Part shown: in pieces, positions 35,078 to 47,604 of the stretch
Position numbering within the stretch: the stretch's first letter is position 1
Layout: every line of letters starts with the position of its first letter
Origin: Hemiscyllium ocellatum
Lineage: Eukaryota
Reading direction: 5' to 3'
Assembly: GCF_020745735.1 (NCBI RefSeq)
Contig: NC_083427.1
Location: forward strand, 5,425,438-5,489,437
DNA length: 64,000 nt
Position numbers and translations under genes: made by a program
The notes under the pieces: generated by a model
The model's database searches: none
What the model saw: only the letters and a program-made list of their open reading frames with translations
What the model was told of the DNA's origin: nothing

Positions 35078-38000
35078 ATGCACGCAATACTGGCAAGTCC
35101 AGTTTTTAACATTTATTATCCTGTCCTTGCAGCAATCGGAGTTCCTGGTAAATCATCGTAGTTATTTTTAGCTGCGTGAATAATGGGTCAGTTACATTAA
35201 TTCTCTCACTTTTCAGGGAATGGTACTCCCGTTGCAAGTATATTTCCTCCCATTTACTGGAATAGCATTTCAAGCATCAGCAGTATAAGGGACGAATATT
35301 GTTTATTGAATGTTATTTCTTTTCTTTGACAGGATGAATTATTCAACGCTCTTAGCGTGAATTATTATTTTATGATGTCTCCACTTTGCTGACATAGGTT
35401 GGGGGCATCAGTGCTCTATCTTCGTCCTGTTACAAAGCATGGTTTCCAGTTCATTCCTCGGTTGCAGGCGTCTCTGAGTGTGCAAGCAAATTCGTAGGCA
35501 TAGTGAGTTTGTTTTGAAATCATAAGGTGTTTTCGAACAGACTTCTTGAACTACTGCAGGAAACTTGCTGTAGGTAGATCTATAACTACGTGAGAAAGGG
35601 AGTTCCACGATTTTGACAGAGTAACAATGAACGAATTTGATATATTTGGAAGTTACCATTTTGGATGGATTACAGAAGAATTGGATGGCGGTGCTCCCTT
35701 GTCCTTCTTTGTGGTATTGGTATTGCGTTTGGAAGGAAATGGACACGAAGCCTTGGTGAATATTTGCAGTACATCGTGTGGATAGTACATACTACTGATA
35801 CTGCGTGTTGGTTGCGGAGATAGTGAACGCTTGAGGATTTGGCGCCAATCATGGAAGTTCCTTTACTTTCTTGTGCATTTTTTTGGAGGTGCACGTATCT
35901 GGGCGAATAATTCGTCCCCCGTAGCACACCTGACCTATGCCTTGTAAGTGACGAATAGGCTTTTGGGCAAGCTGGAGGTTAGTTATTCACTGAATGATTC
36001 CAAAGCCTCTGACATGCTATTCTAGATACAGTATTACTTTGCTTGTCTGGGTCAGCGCTTCTTGAATTTGCGACTTGAGATATTGGATTTCTCCTGAGGC
36101 AATCCCTTTTGGCACAGCGATAGCATTACTTTGCAAAGTGAATGGCATTTTGAATGTGAGAACCAGACTTCATCACTGTGATTCTCATTACTACCAACAC
36201 TGTTATGGACGGGTGTATATGCCACAGGCAAGTTGATGAGGTGAGATTAATATGATTCGCCCTTTTATTAGTTCTGTCACAACTTGCTGCTCGCCCAGTT
36301 CAACCACTATGTAATTTAGAACTTGACAAGGTCGGATCTTTCCAATCCACTGTTTGTCATGGACCTCAAAGCTTTTCACTCTAAGTATGTTCTGTGCTCT
36401 TTCCATAATCAGTACCTTGTCCAAGTGGTGCCCAGCATGCCGAAGTACTGACTCCAAAACCAGTTCGTGGAAGGAGGATTGGTGTATTCATCAGCAGTAA
36501 TTTTCAATGCCTGTGTTAAACCTGGTGTCCTGAAAAGTCACGGCATGTGCAATTAATGTCAACTACTCTCAGCAGGACTCCCTTCCAACTGCTTATTGCC
36601 ATGATACCACTTCACTTTTGGTCTTGCAGAAAACCAGTGCATAACCAGGGATGGTAATGGTGCAGTCAGAGACTTTGACTATAGGTTATATTTCCTTGAT
36701 TATTATTTTTGGAAACTATAACTTGACAAGTCTGTGAGACAGATCACTAACATTCACAAGGCGAAGTCATTTAACAACAAACGATCTGAAGGTCAGAGCA
36801 GGTGATGTCTGCAGTTTTCCTCTCAAAAGGACATTAGTGAACATGATGCCTTCTTTCTGACAATTGTTCCATGGTTATCATTGGCTTTTTAATTACAGAT
36901 CTTTATGAAATTCATATTTAGCATGTTGTTACGGTGGGTTCTGAGCCTATGCTTCCAGAACGTTATCTTTGACTCTGGATTACGTTTCTACCGCTAATAT
37001 CATTAATGCACTTTGTTAACAGCATTGTTTTTCATATTAAAGTAATTGTCACCTTTATGATTTACAAGATTTTTTAGCTTAGCTTCATTTTATCAACATA
37101 TTCATAATTTCTCCTAAATACTGCTATCATCACAAAATGTATATGTGTTTAACGTTAACTCTAAACCTTAACTATAATTTCTCCTAGTTGCTGCTATTAT
37201 TGAAGAATGCAAAAGTACATATGACGCATTATTAGCAGATACTGCGGATAACTGAATTTCTTGTTATCGTAGTGTAATTCTAAATTTTAGTTGGAATCAT
37301 CTTTGGATTATTTTCAATTAGTCATTACATTGCAAATGTTGTTGTCAACTTTTCACCATGTATCGTTATTCGATTACTATATTGAGTGATTGTCTTCTCT
37401 ACCAGTAATGCATTTTACATCTCTCACTATTTTCACTTCGATTAGAAGTATAAAATTAAGATTACAATTCACGGTAACCTGAGATATATGATCATTTGTG
37501 CTGGTAGTCGAATATGATGCAGAGGAATTACTGCAGTTTATGAGACACCTTTTCTTAATGTGACTCACCGAGTTGCAATATCTAAAGGGATGACAGTTTA
37601 AGAGCAGAGAGGTGATGCTGGAATTAGATAAAATATTGGTATGTCCACATCAAGTATATTGTTAGCACTTACGAATCAATGTTATTGGGGGATGTGATTG
37701 CACTGAGAAGGTGCAGAGAAGACTTAACAGGATGTTGCCTGGCTGTAGAGTTTTAGTTATGAAGAGAGATTGGATGGATGGGACTGCTTTTCTACAATTA
37801 GAAGAAATTAAGCGGGGCAATGTTGAAATGCATAAAATCACAGGGGAATAGATAGTGTAAGCATGAAGAATTCTTCCCCTTTGTAGGAGAATTAATGACT
37901 GAGAGGTCCGGGGCAGTTATAGATTTAAAATGATGATCTATAGATTTTGTTGATATGATTATTGGGAATCTGGATCTCACTTCCTGTCAGGGTGGAAGGG

Positions 38001-40140
38001 CACAAACCCCAATAAACATTTCAGAAGTATTTAGATGTACACTGCTGAGGTCAGGGGATAGAAGTCTGTGGGCCAAGTACTGGAAACTAGGATTGGAATG
38101 GCTAAGTGAGTATTTATGACTGCTCCAGATGCAATAGGCCAAGTTCATTTTTCTTCTATCGAAGTCAATGAGTCTCTAACGCAACAATGGAAGTATTGTT
38201 ATATGGTCATGTGAGAAGTTTAAACTCACCATTGCATTCCATGAAAAGAAAAATTCTTCGGCAATTCCCACAAAGAAAATTTCCAGGACCTCTCTGTACA
38301 GATGGACGTTTTGCTCTTTTGAGCAGTTGACTATCTAGTGCCTGAAATAGGTAATCGAAAATTGAAAAGTATCACTTTTGATTAATTCCCAGTTACTGTG
38401 TTAAGTGCGTTGATGTGCTGGTTTAATCTAATGTCCTGTTGAAACCTTGCCCTTTTTTTTCACTTTCTCACCTTACGTGTCACGACATTACATTGTTGTC
38501 CACTTAGTCTGGGTCATATATAAGATTGGGGAACATTTAAAATGGAGACCTCATTTAATCGTGCTTAATAGATCAATTGAGACTTATAATTAAATCTCAA
38601 ACATTGAACTTATAATGGGATCCTGTACAATACATGATTGGAAAAAGTGCAGAAGAAATTTACAAGAATGTTTCCTAGACTCAAATGTCTGAGATAGGGA
38701 GAGATTAGACAAGCTAGGCTTTTCTTTCCTGTGGTGTGTAGGAGACTGAGGCAGATCTTATGGATGTATATAAGAGCATGAGAAGCACCGATAGAGTGAA
38801 TGCACTCAGACTTTTTTCCAAGGTTGAAGAATCGAGGATGAGAAGGCATCATTTTAAGTCTCAGTGGAAAGAATAAAAGGGAACCTGAGGGGGCAACGTT
38901 TTTACACAGATGATGATATGCATATGAAAGAGTTACCAGCAGAAATAGTTGAGGCAGATACATTAAGCACATTTAAAAGGTGTTTGGACAAAAAGATGGA
39001 TAAGAGGGTTTAGAAGGAACTGGACCAATTGTAGGGAAATTATGTTAGGGTGTGAGAAAATGCTTTTGGCATGGACCAGTTTGGTCCAAAGGTCCTGTCT
39101 CCAAGCTGCAGGACGCTATGACTCTATGGATAAATTATGGGTAGAAGGAATAATTTGTCTGAATTAACTCTCCTTTACTAACATATTTGCTACTTATCGT
39201 CTCTCCCCTTTTCCTTGTCTCTATTGCAGCCAACTTGATGGTGATAGTGATCCTGTCACAAAGAAGATGTGGTCTCACCAGATGCGTCAATTACTATCTA
39301 GTGTCCATAGCCGTGGCAGATCTCTTTGTAATGGTTACAGTTGTTTTACTAAACAGGATTGCTGGAATTTATTTTCCATTCAGTTTCCTGTCTATCACAC
39401 CAATGTGCAGTCTTCGTTCTGCCTTAAACTACTCAGCCCTTGACGCTACTGTCTGGTTAACAGTTGCTTTTACATTTGATCGATACGTGGCCATTTCTTG
39501 CCAGACTTTAAAAATAACATATTGCACCGAGAAGATAGCAGCGTGGATTATAGGAATTATCTCTGCTCTGGCTTGTATAAAAAATGCCTTCTTGTATTTT
39601 CAATACGAACCTATGTACATAATTAACAACATACCCTGGTTCTGTAGCATAAAAATAATTGTTTATACATCACCTGGATGGACCGCAAATGACTGGATTG
39701 CATTTATTTTGACACCTCTACTCCCATTTTTTCTGATTATACTTCTTAATGCTCTGACAGTCAGGCATATTCTAAAGGCAAATAGGTCTCGCAAGAGAAT
39801 ACAGTCCAAGAGCAATACAGAGAGTCAGAGTGATCCAGAGATGGTGAAGCGGAATAAGTCCATTGTTTTACTCTTCACCATCTCCGGTAGTTTCATCCTG
39901 TTATATTTGCTTTGTTTTATATGGATCCCGTATGTCCGATTTTCAAATGTAACTTACACTTCAGTTTCCAATTTCAGCAATTCTACATTTATCATCCAAG
40001 AAAGCGGATTTATGCTTCAGTTATTAAGTTCCTCCATCAACCCTTTTATTTATGCTGGGACCCAGAGTAAATTCAGAATGGAATTACGAAATGCCATGAA
40101 ATATCCACTGACCCTCATCATTAAATCGTTTAAGACATGA
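35078..40140 (+). CDS. Intact GPR139/GPR142-like class A orphan GPCR, join(35078..35147,39230..40140), 326 aa
   Basis: Exon 1 MHAILASPVFNIYYPVLAAIGVP + G|gtaaat; phase-1 acceptor ttgcag|cc gives PANLMVIVILSQ. AVADL (TM2), FDRYVAI, seven hydrophobic segments, INPFIY, stop TGA 40138-40. TM1 resembles GPR139 YYSLLLCLGLPANIL..ILSQ as recalled. An in-frame upstream ATG exists at 35042. Confidence 0.93.
35395..36720 (-). mobile_element. L2/CR1-like LINE fragments in the GPCR intron
   Basis: Appears to be the reverse-strand counterpart of the LINE family at 48.0-48.7 kb; degraded. Confidence 0.65.
37580..39130 (+). mobile_element. Two CR1 3'-region fragments (~37580-38110 and ~38610-39130) in the GPCR intron
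   Basis: gagaaggtgcagagaagacttaacaggatgttgcc (EKVQRRLxRML) and 3' UTR ending ggacgctatgactctatg. Confidence 0.8.
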
Positions 40141-40579
40141 AAATAGCATGACTTAGCAATGTCATGTCACACAGGTCTCTTTCACTGTCTACCCAGTTTA
40201 AAATCGTTTGACAATTTAAAAATGTTTAAGGAGCTTTGCATTAAAGCATAAATCAAAATCTGTTCTCATTTACTTTACTGCTCTAACGAAGTTTGCTTAC
40301 TTTCACCTCATGTCTTTCCTATGAGTTCAAGAATGCAAATTGGAACTCAGAGGCAATTCAGAAAACAGTTAACAAATACGGTAGATAATCGATTGGAATT
40401 AATTTTGAATTATTAAATTTTGAAATTCAGCACATTTAACATGGACTGTATGCAATGTTCTAAAATGAATTCAACACGTTTCCTTGCTTTTTATACAAAA
40501 GACTTTGTTACCAGGATGCACTCTCCTTTTCAAAGACGGTCAAAGACAGGAGTTCTCTAATTACCTAATAAAAAAAAGA

Positions 40580-40742
40580 GCAAGTATGGACTGCAGATGC
40601 TGGAGATCAGGGTCAAAGAGTGTAGCACTGGAAAAGAGCAGCAGCTGAGGAGAAGGAGAATCAACGTTTCCACCGTAAGTTCTTCGGATGCTACCGAACT
40701 GGCTAAGTTTCTCTAGCGCCGCACTCTTCGACTCTGATCTCA
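40580..40742. mobile_element. Penelope-derived palindromic element
   Basis: ctgcagatgctggagatcagggtcaaagag ... ctcttcgactctgatct inverted arms; same family as 13.8 kb. Confidence 0.6.
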
Positions 40743-40903
40743 GATGGCACTAGTGCTAGCCTTACCAGTCACTTGGTGATTGGGTGAATTGATAAAATAT
40801 TTATTTTGATCGAACTCATTCCTGCATATCTAATTATGTACACCTTCTAAATTGTGAACTGCTCTCTCGTGACTTCCATTGTGATACCAGTAGGTCGTCC
40901 AAA

Positions 40904-41020
40904 CCATGGTGGCTCAGTTGTTCTCACTGTTGCCTCACAGCGCCAGGGACCAGGGTTTGAGTCTAAACTCGGGTGACTCTCTCTGTTGAGATTATGCATT
41001 TTCTCCGTGTCTGTGTAGAT
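40904..41020 (+). mobile_element. tRNA-derived SINE head
   Basis: ggtggctcagttgttctcactgttgcctcacagcgccagggacc A/B-box-like head. Confidence 0.75.
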
Positions 41021-41603
41021 CCAGGTCTGCTGGCGTCACAATGGAAGTCACGAAAGATCAGTTCACAATGTGGGGGCACTAAATAATTACTATGCAGGAA
41101 TAAGTGAGCGCAAAAGAAATACGTTATCAATTCATCTGATCAGCACGTGACTGTTAAGGCTCGCACTTGGCAATCCTGCTTTTTGTTTTCCACTCTCTGA
41201 TAGCCTGGATGCATTTATCGTGGACACAGTATTCAAATTTTTCAAAGTTTAATGATCCAGTTGTGGTAGTTGTACGTGACCTGAATGACTCGTGAGTGAA
41301 CAGCGAGCCATGGTTTATTCATGTTTGGAGCAAAATATGCGCCTCGTTAGAAACAACCAATGTTAATGCTGCTGTCGTGATTGAAAGCAGATTGACTTCA
41401 TTGACTACGAAGTCGTTGATAAGGGTTGTTACCTTGGATCAATCAGGAAAGCCCTGGCTAACCAATGTAACCGCTGGAAAATATAAGCACTACTGCAGTA
41501 TGACAACAGTGTGGAGAGACAAAATTAAAAGATAACGAAGAGATTACAACCTCCTCAGCTGAAGAAAACAAATCTATACACGCAGAAGCCTAAATTTGGA
41601 TGC

Positions 41604-41820
41604 CCAGTGGCTCAATGGATAGCATTGCTGTTACTTAACACCAGCAACACATGTTCTATTCCAGCCTCTAATGATGATCTATGTGGAATTTGCACGTTCG
41701 TGTTGTGCCTGTTTGGGTTTCCTCTGGTTTATCCGACATTCAAAGATGTTTAGTTTACATGAGTTGTCCAAGTTAAATTGCGCGTAAAGGTCAGGGACGT
41801 AGGTTGTATCGATTAGTCAG
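41604..41820 (+). mobile_element. Old tRNA-derived SINE
   Basis: cagtggctcaatggatagcattgctg...tggaatttgcacgttc...gggtttcctc. Confidence 0.65.
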
Positions 41821-42099
41821 GGGAGAGTGTCGAGTAATGCGTCTGGTTGGGTTAGTTCTTGGAGTGTCGGTGTGCACTTGTTCGGCCTGCTTCCACACTT
41901 TAGGGATTTTATGTTTGTGTGTGTGTGTTTGTGTTCATGCATATATAAAACCAGGAGAAAATATAAATGCTACTCCTTCATGGCAGTAGTGAGGGGAAAG
42001 AAAAATATATAACCGGGGATTAGAATGTCCACAATTGAGGAAAAAAAACTTGTAACCATAAAATTATAATCTATTCAGTTCAATGACTGAAGCCGAGTT

Positions 42100-42321
42100 G
42101 GCTGGCCATGGCCAGTGTACTGGGCACAAGTAAATAAATGGTGACTTGGTGACGGGATACTTGGCTCTGTGCAGTAATTTCAGTTTTAACATCTCACCAG
42201 AAAATTAGACTCTCTTCAGTTCAGGAAATTGAATATCAAGTGGCTGGCCATAACCAATGTACTGTGCACAAGGAAATAAAAGGTGATCTGGTGATAGCAT
42301 ACCAGCCTCTGCGCAGTCATT
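42100..42321. repeat. Diverged direct repeat, ~141-bp period
   Basis: tggctggccatggccagtgtactgggcacaag...gtgcagtaattt (42100) vs tggctggccataaccaatgtactgtgcacaag...gcgcagtcattt (42241). Confidence 0.85.
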
Positions 42322-42461
42322 TGGGCTGCTTTTCGCGTCTCTTTGTCAATCCCTTAGTTCCTGATGCTTTCATAGCTTCCATGCCCATTTCACTTTTAAT
42401 GATGATTACCTCCGACTCCAAGATTTGCTGTTCTATATCTATTGCCATTAGGATGGTTACA

Positions 42462-43938
42462 TACAAGGGAACCTGGCTGATCAGAACGAGATGGGTGGAC
42501 AGTATTTCGTTCGGATGATCGATTATCCGATTAATCAATTAAATGCCCATTATCTGGAGCTCGGAGATTTTTCAAGACTGCTATCTGTTCAGGAGACTGC
42601 AGCAGCACACAGCACGTGTGAGCCCTGAAACCGTCCAACACTGCCACCGGCCTGCTCTCCATACCCCGTCCAATGCAGCTCTACCAGCGACACCATGCCC
42701 AAAACTGCACATTGCCCACTCCCAAACCTCCAACCCGTCCGACCCCAATCCCATCCAACACTGCCCCCCGACGTTCGCCAAACTCTTTCCAACACCACTC
42801 CTTGCTCCCTCCAATTTCTCGCACGCCCGTCCAACACCATGCCACGCCCTTATCCAATACTGACCCCCGCCCGCTCCAAGCCACCCAACCGGTCCAACAC
42901 AGCTCCTGCCCCATCCAACACCAGCCCAATGCTCAGTCCTCTGCCCAACACCGCCCCCAGTCCGGCACTGCTCAACACTGACACTCGCACACCAACCCCA
43001 TCCAACATTACCACCCGCCTGCCCCAAACGCTGTCCAACACCGCTACCTACCCCATCCACTATCGTGCATACTATCCAACACTGCCCCCGCCCCCAATCC
43101 AACACTTACCCCCGCCACCCACCCTCGTCCAACACCACCCCGCCCCGTCCAAAACCAACACCACTCCGCCCTCCACCCAACACTGCGCCCTGCCCCGCCC
43201 CGCGAAACACCACCCCCGCACCCCAACCCCCTTCCTACCCCAACCCTGTCCAACCCCAAACCGTTCCCCAATCACACGCCCACCTCCAACACCGCGTCCC
43301 GCCCCTATTCAACACTGACCCCCGCCCACCCCATGCCACCGAACCCCATCGAACAACTTTGCCAGCCCGAAAACTATCCAAAATCTTGCCCGCCCGCCCC
43401 CAAACACCGTCCAACATCGCCCCGGCCCAACCCCATCCAAAACCTCCACCCACTCACTTCTCAACTCTATGCAACACCATCCCCTCCATGTTTGCCCCAA
43501 CCCCGTCCATCCCATCCCCTCTCTGGGGCAGCCAGACTGGACATCAGCAACACGACTGCGCCTGCTGTTGCCTTTGTGGGGTGAATCTCCAATCAGCAAA
43601 CATACAGACACACAGCAACAGCCACACACACAACTTTTTACTGCAACTTTTTGACAGGTTTCACGTTTTTCCTGTACAGGACAGTGTTGGAGAGATTATC
43701 TGGGGAAGGGGGAGTTTAGGGTACATGCCTGTGTCGAACTCCAGGGAAAATGAGGAGGAGAGAGAAAGGACGGGAGGTAAGTTAATTGGAGACGTGCCTG
43801 TTTAATCACTGTAAACAAAAGACGCAATCACTGTTGGAAACACACATTTGATGTATCATTTCTATCAAGACCTCGAGATCTCCTTCGGATAATCCAATTT
43901 TTGGATATTGGTATTCAAATAATCGAATTTCCTGTGTA
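42462..43938. mobile_element. Non-autonomous Tc1/mariner (pogo/Tigger-like) DNA element with TA ends
   Basis: Left TA|caagggaacctggctgatcag; right aataatcgaatttcctgtg|TA (decayed inverted termini). ggataatc/gattatcc sub-terminal repeats at both ends; no transposase. Confidence 0.7.
42630..43520. repeat. GC-rich minisatellite built on a ccaacac(t/c) core
   Basis: Dozens of variants of (cc)ccaacactgcc/ccatccaacac; C/A-rich on +, G/T-rich on -. Explains the stacked Pro-rich and Gly-rich ORFs. Confidence 0.9.
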
Positions 43939-44339
43939 TAACACGCATTCAGCAATTCCTGTTCCACTGTTTTTGTGAAAAATATTGTCATGTGATCACA
44001 GATTATTGTATTATTGTGCAACCGCCAAAGATATCTCAAATGTGTCCCAGGTTGACAGCTGATGCATCCACCATAATTCAGCAGATATGGTTCCTGTTTA
44101 CAAACATTGAGAACTGACTCCAAATGAGTCACAGCTGCCTTATCAGTTTATAGCATAGAGACATTCCAACTCTCCCGACAGTTAATCTTATGCAAAGGAA
44201 CGTCTTAGTTTCTATTACACGTAGTAAATTTGTCAGTTCATTATTGCGATGTGCCACTATTTGCTACATTGCTTAACATGATCAATCGTTTTCCAGCACT
44301 GCAGGCCAATAATTGACTGCATGAAGTATAGCGGCACAC

Positions 44340-44640
44340 CAAGATTTTAATTTTAGAGAAGATTTCCCTTGGAAGGAAAAGAAAGTACAGGCATTTCTCC
44401 ATAGAAGATGGAACAGTACAACTGAGGAATGGGCCCTTCGACACCCAATGGTTGTGCACATTCATCTACTATCTTAAATTCCCCTATCCTATATATCTCC
44501 AAAATCACCCGTGGCAGCGAGTTCCAGACCCCTACCACTCTTGTCGAAAAAAAACTTGCCCTTCATACCTCCTCTCTACTCGCCCCCCCACCCCCACCTG
44601 AAATGCAAGTCTCCTTGTGTTAGACATGTGAACTCTGGGA
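44340..44640 (-). mobile_element. CR1-like 3' fragment
   Basis: ORF 44353-44538 begins MVGVWNSLP, a CR1 RT C-terminal motif. Confidence 0.75.
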
Positions 44641-44990
44641 AAAAAGAAAGACTTCTCAAGCAGACAGACTTGAAAACCTATTTTCCCGTTTTTGCAATGG
44701 TTTGAGCAGATAAAACGTAACTTCTGGCTGAAGGCAAAATATTGAAACCTGTGATTAAGATTAAATTCAGTACGATTTAAGTTCACATTGTTTTGGAATA
44801 ATTCCTATTTCATCGTTGAATCAAATTTGATTGTTCACGAAATTTACTTGCACGAGTATTAATATTATTACTAAGTTAAATAGGCCCAGCTTCTGGATAA
44901 AGATCGATTGTCTTTTTGTCTTTAACTTAATCTGGAAAATCAGGAGTTCACACTATTGATGAAAAGATGTATCGTTACCTCGAGACAAAA

Positions 44991-45400
44991 ATGAATATGA
45001 ACTCCAGTGGTGCAAATAGATTGGTGGATTTTGCAAGAATGGAGAAGGAAATAATTATACTGGCCGTTTCTGCTCTATGTATATGCAGTTTGCTGTACAC
45101 AATTTTTGGCATCTTGAATACATTAACTAACCACTACAGGCAGGTAATTGAATATCGAGCAACAACTTCAATTATGCTCAAACAACATGTCATTGAACAT
45201 GTGCCTGTGCTGCATAGATTACATAATAATATTCATAAGCACAATAGGACTTTTCCATGGAAGTTAGCTTTCTGGTGTATTTGCTTTTCGAAATTTACAC
45301 TAAAGAGGAGATCAAATGTTTAATTTTATCTCAAATCACTTAGTTGCTGTGTTGATCTATGAATGACTGCATACATTTATTAAGCATATATGTTTTGAGA
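44991..45400 (+). pseudogene. Possible decayed class A GPCR 5' half (P2Y/GPR141-like branch?)
   Basis: MNSS...IIILAVSALCICSLLYTIFGILN (TM1-like), RATTSIML, and later SCCVDL* near a DRY position. Weak. Confidence 0.28.
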
Positions 45401-45739
45401 TAATTAAGTAAAGGTCTCGTGACGCAGTGAATCTCAGAATCACAGAATTGCACCAAAAGCAAAGGATCCTATTCGGAGCACGTGCTGTGAATTATAGCCA
45501 GCTGTGTCGTCTGATCATTTTGACTGTGCTTTTTGGATCTCCATTTTGTGGTCCCCACCGTGTAACAATTGATCAACATATCAACAATGTTAGGACCTCT
45601 TCTTTTAATTCTTATTTCTTTACTTTATATGCATTTATATTTCAGCTACAAATACAAAAATGCAGAAATGTAGAAATTTGCCGATATGTCTGCTTTTGTA
45701 GCTGCCCGTGTCATATGTATTTCTCATAGTTTAGACCGT

Positions 45740-45960
45740 CCAATCCAGACACAATAGTAGTAGAGCTGCTGTGCATCCTCTTCAGTGCAATCCCAGTGTG
45801 AACGTACTGATGAACTACCTTTTGGAACTGTTGAAGTTTATTTGGTTCGGTCAACACAAAATGCTGATTTGGAGGGAGTGAGGTGATTTTTGGCTGACTG
45901 TCATATCAGATTGTAGTTGTGGATGGGAAACAGTAATGAGACCCACGTCTGGAATGTAAA
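45740..45960 (-). pseudogene. V-segment remnant, inverted orientation
   Basis: tgatat-gacag as decayed WYRQ (45908-45898), FNSSK..STFTL, TEEDAQQLYYYCVW (Cys 45753-51). W-to-C spacing ~52 codons vs 55 residues W-to-C in the open V. No good RSS. Confidence 0.45.
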
Positions 45961-47604
45961 TCAGGCACTACAATCTATTTCATTCCAAAATAACTATTAG
46001 CTACTTGTACATCAAGGCTCATCTGACACCGACTTAGCAATTCTATGTAGAGTTGTGACCTTCTTCAACTATTTCTCATATTAAAGTTTGCAAGAAATCA
46101 GTGTATTTTCCCCAGTAACTATTGTAAAACAATAACCTTTTGCAATTCAGTTGAGACGTAGGCTGCACTCATATTTTGGTATCGCAAACTAATTTATCTT
46201 TGCGATTAAATCAATGTAAGTTGAACTTTAAACTTGCTTGAAGTATGGACAATGCCATTCATTTATCAAGTCGAGTCTCACAAGAGAATGCGGCAATGAT
46301 TTTGAGTTTAACGAATGGTATATGTTGCCTACACTGTGAGTGGACAGGAGATTGTGATCGTTTCATTGTTTGAAGATTTAGATATTGTGATCTTCGTGTA
46401 ACTTTATCTCCAGTTTCGTTTTCTCTAGTCATCGGTAGATGATTTTGTCTGCCTTACAAAATTGATCAAAGAATATCTTGTCCAGACGATGCACAATTTC
46501 TCCGTCTTTCACGCATCATCTACAGTCCCTCTGTATAATCCTTTCCCTCCTGCAATGAGTATTAATTTGGCTGGTCCAAACCTCAAACAATGCACGTTGT
46601 ACCTTTTACTGTAATCCATTAATTTTGCATCCAATGATTTCTCACCAGTCGAGAGAGATATATACTTTCCATTTCAATTTAAGCAAATGCTGCAGATGTT
46701 CTCAAAATACGTAGTACCTTCGATTCAAGATGAACATTGTTTTAAAAAATAACTTAATTTTCCTATGGTCCTTCTACCTTGGCAACATTCCACACTGGCC
46801 CCATCTCTAAGATACCACACTTTAATAACAGAGACATTATAGTAGTTGATTGAGATAAATTATCAGAAGCAATAAAGATAGCTGTTAGTATGAGTTGATG
46901 CACATGAGTAATATACTTCAACAAGCATGCTCTTACTAATGTAATAATCAAGCAAGAACATCAATTTCTCAGCTGACAGGTGTCCCTTTAAAAATCAAAA
47001 CAGACAGATTTTTCTGATTTTTTAATATTTCCACTGAACTGAAAAACGACAGCACATGAGAACAATTACAATGCTGTTGTCTATGCTAAGCGTATGTTTA
47101 TTGGATGCTGCCTATATTAGAACAGTTGATGATTACTAAGTACATAATATATTATCCCATTAAATATTTAAATAGAATAAAGTTATGCCAATTCTTCTTT
47201 TTTACATATTTTAACTGTGTTGTAAAAATAAAGCGTGTGGTGATTAAAGTTTCCTGGTAGACTAATCGAATCATACCTGAAACAAGAAACCTACACGTTC
47301 CTTAAAAAAACTATATATATAAAGGTTAGCATGTCGGCTATGTGCATATTATATTTTGGGGTCTTGTCTCGTCCACAATAAAAGCAACGCGTTAATTGAA
47401 TATATAACTGTAGAATTTTGCCATAGTCTTAAAGCATCGTGTTTCCTAAATGCATAAACATGAGACCCGCAAAAACTTCAAGAAACTTATCTTGTTAGAG
47501 CAATTAAAATAAAGGATAAAAGCATCCAGTTGTTTCATTGGAGCCAGACGTCAAAAATACATGAAACAGTTCCCATGCTTATTGAAGTACACCCGCTGAC
47601 AGAA

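Noticed and set aside
35225-35265. CKYISSIYW in the intron of the intact GPCR, possibly a V FR1-CDR1 relic
   Set aside because: Too short; no FR3 or RSS found.
42543-43805. Many long overlapping Pro-rich and Gly-rich ORFs (up to 246 aa)
   Set aside because: Explained by the stop-poor GC-rich minisatellite.
44009-44020. TAT TAT TGT GCA (YYCA)
   Set aside because: No FR1-FR3 context or RSS; directly follows a transposon end.
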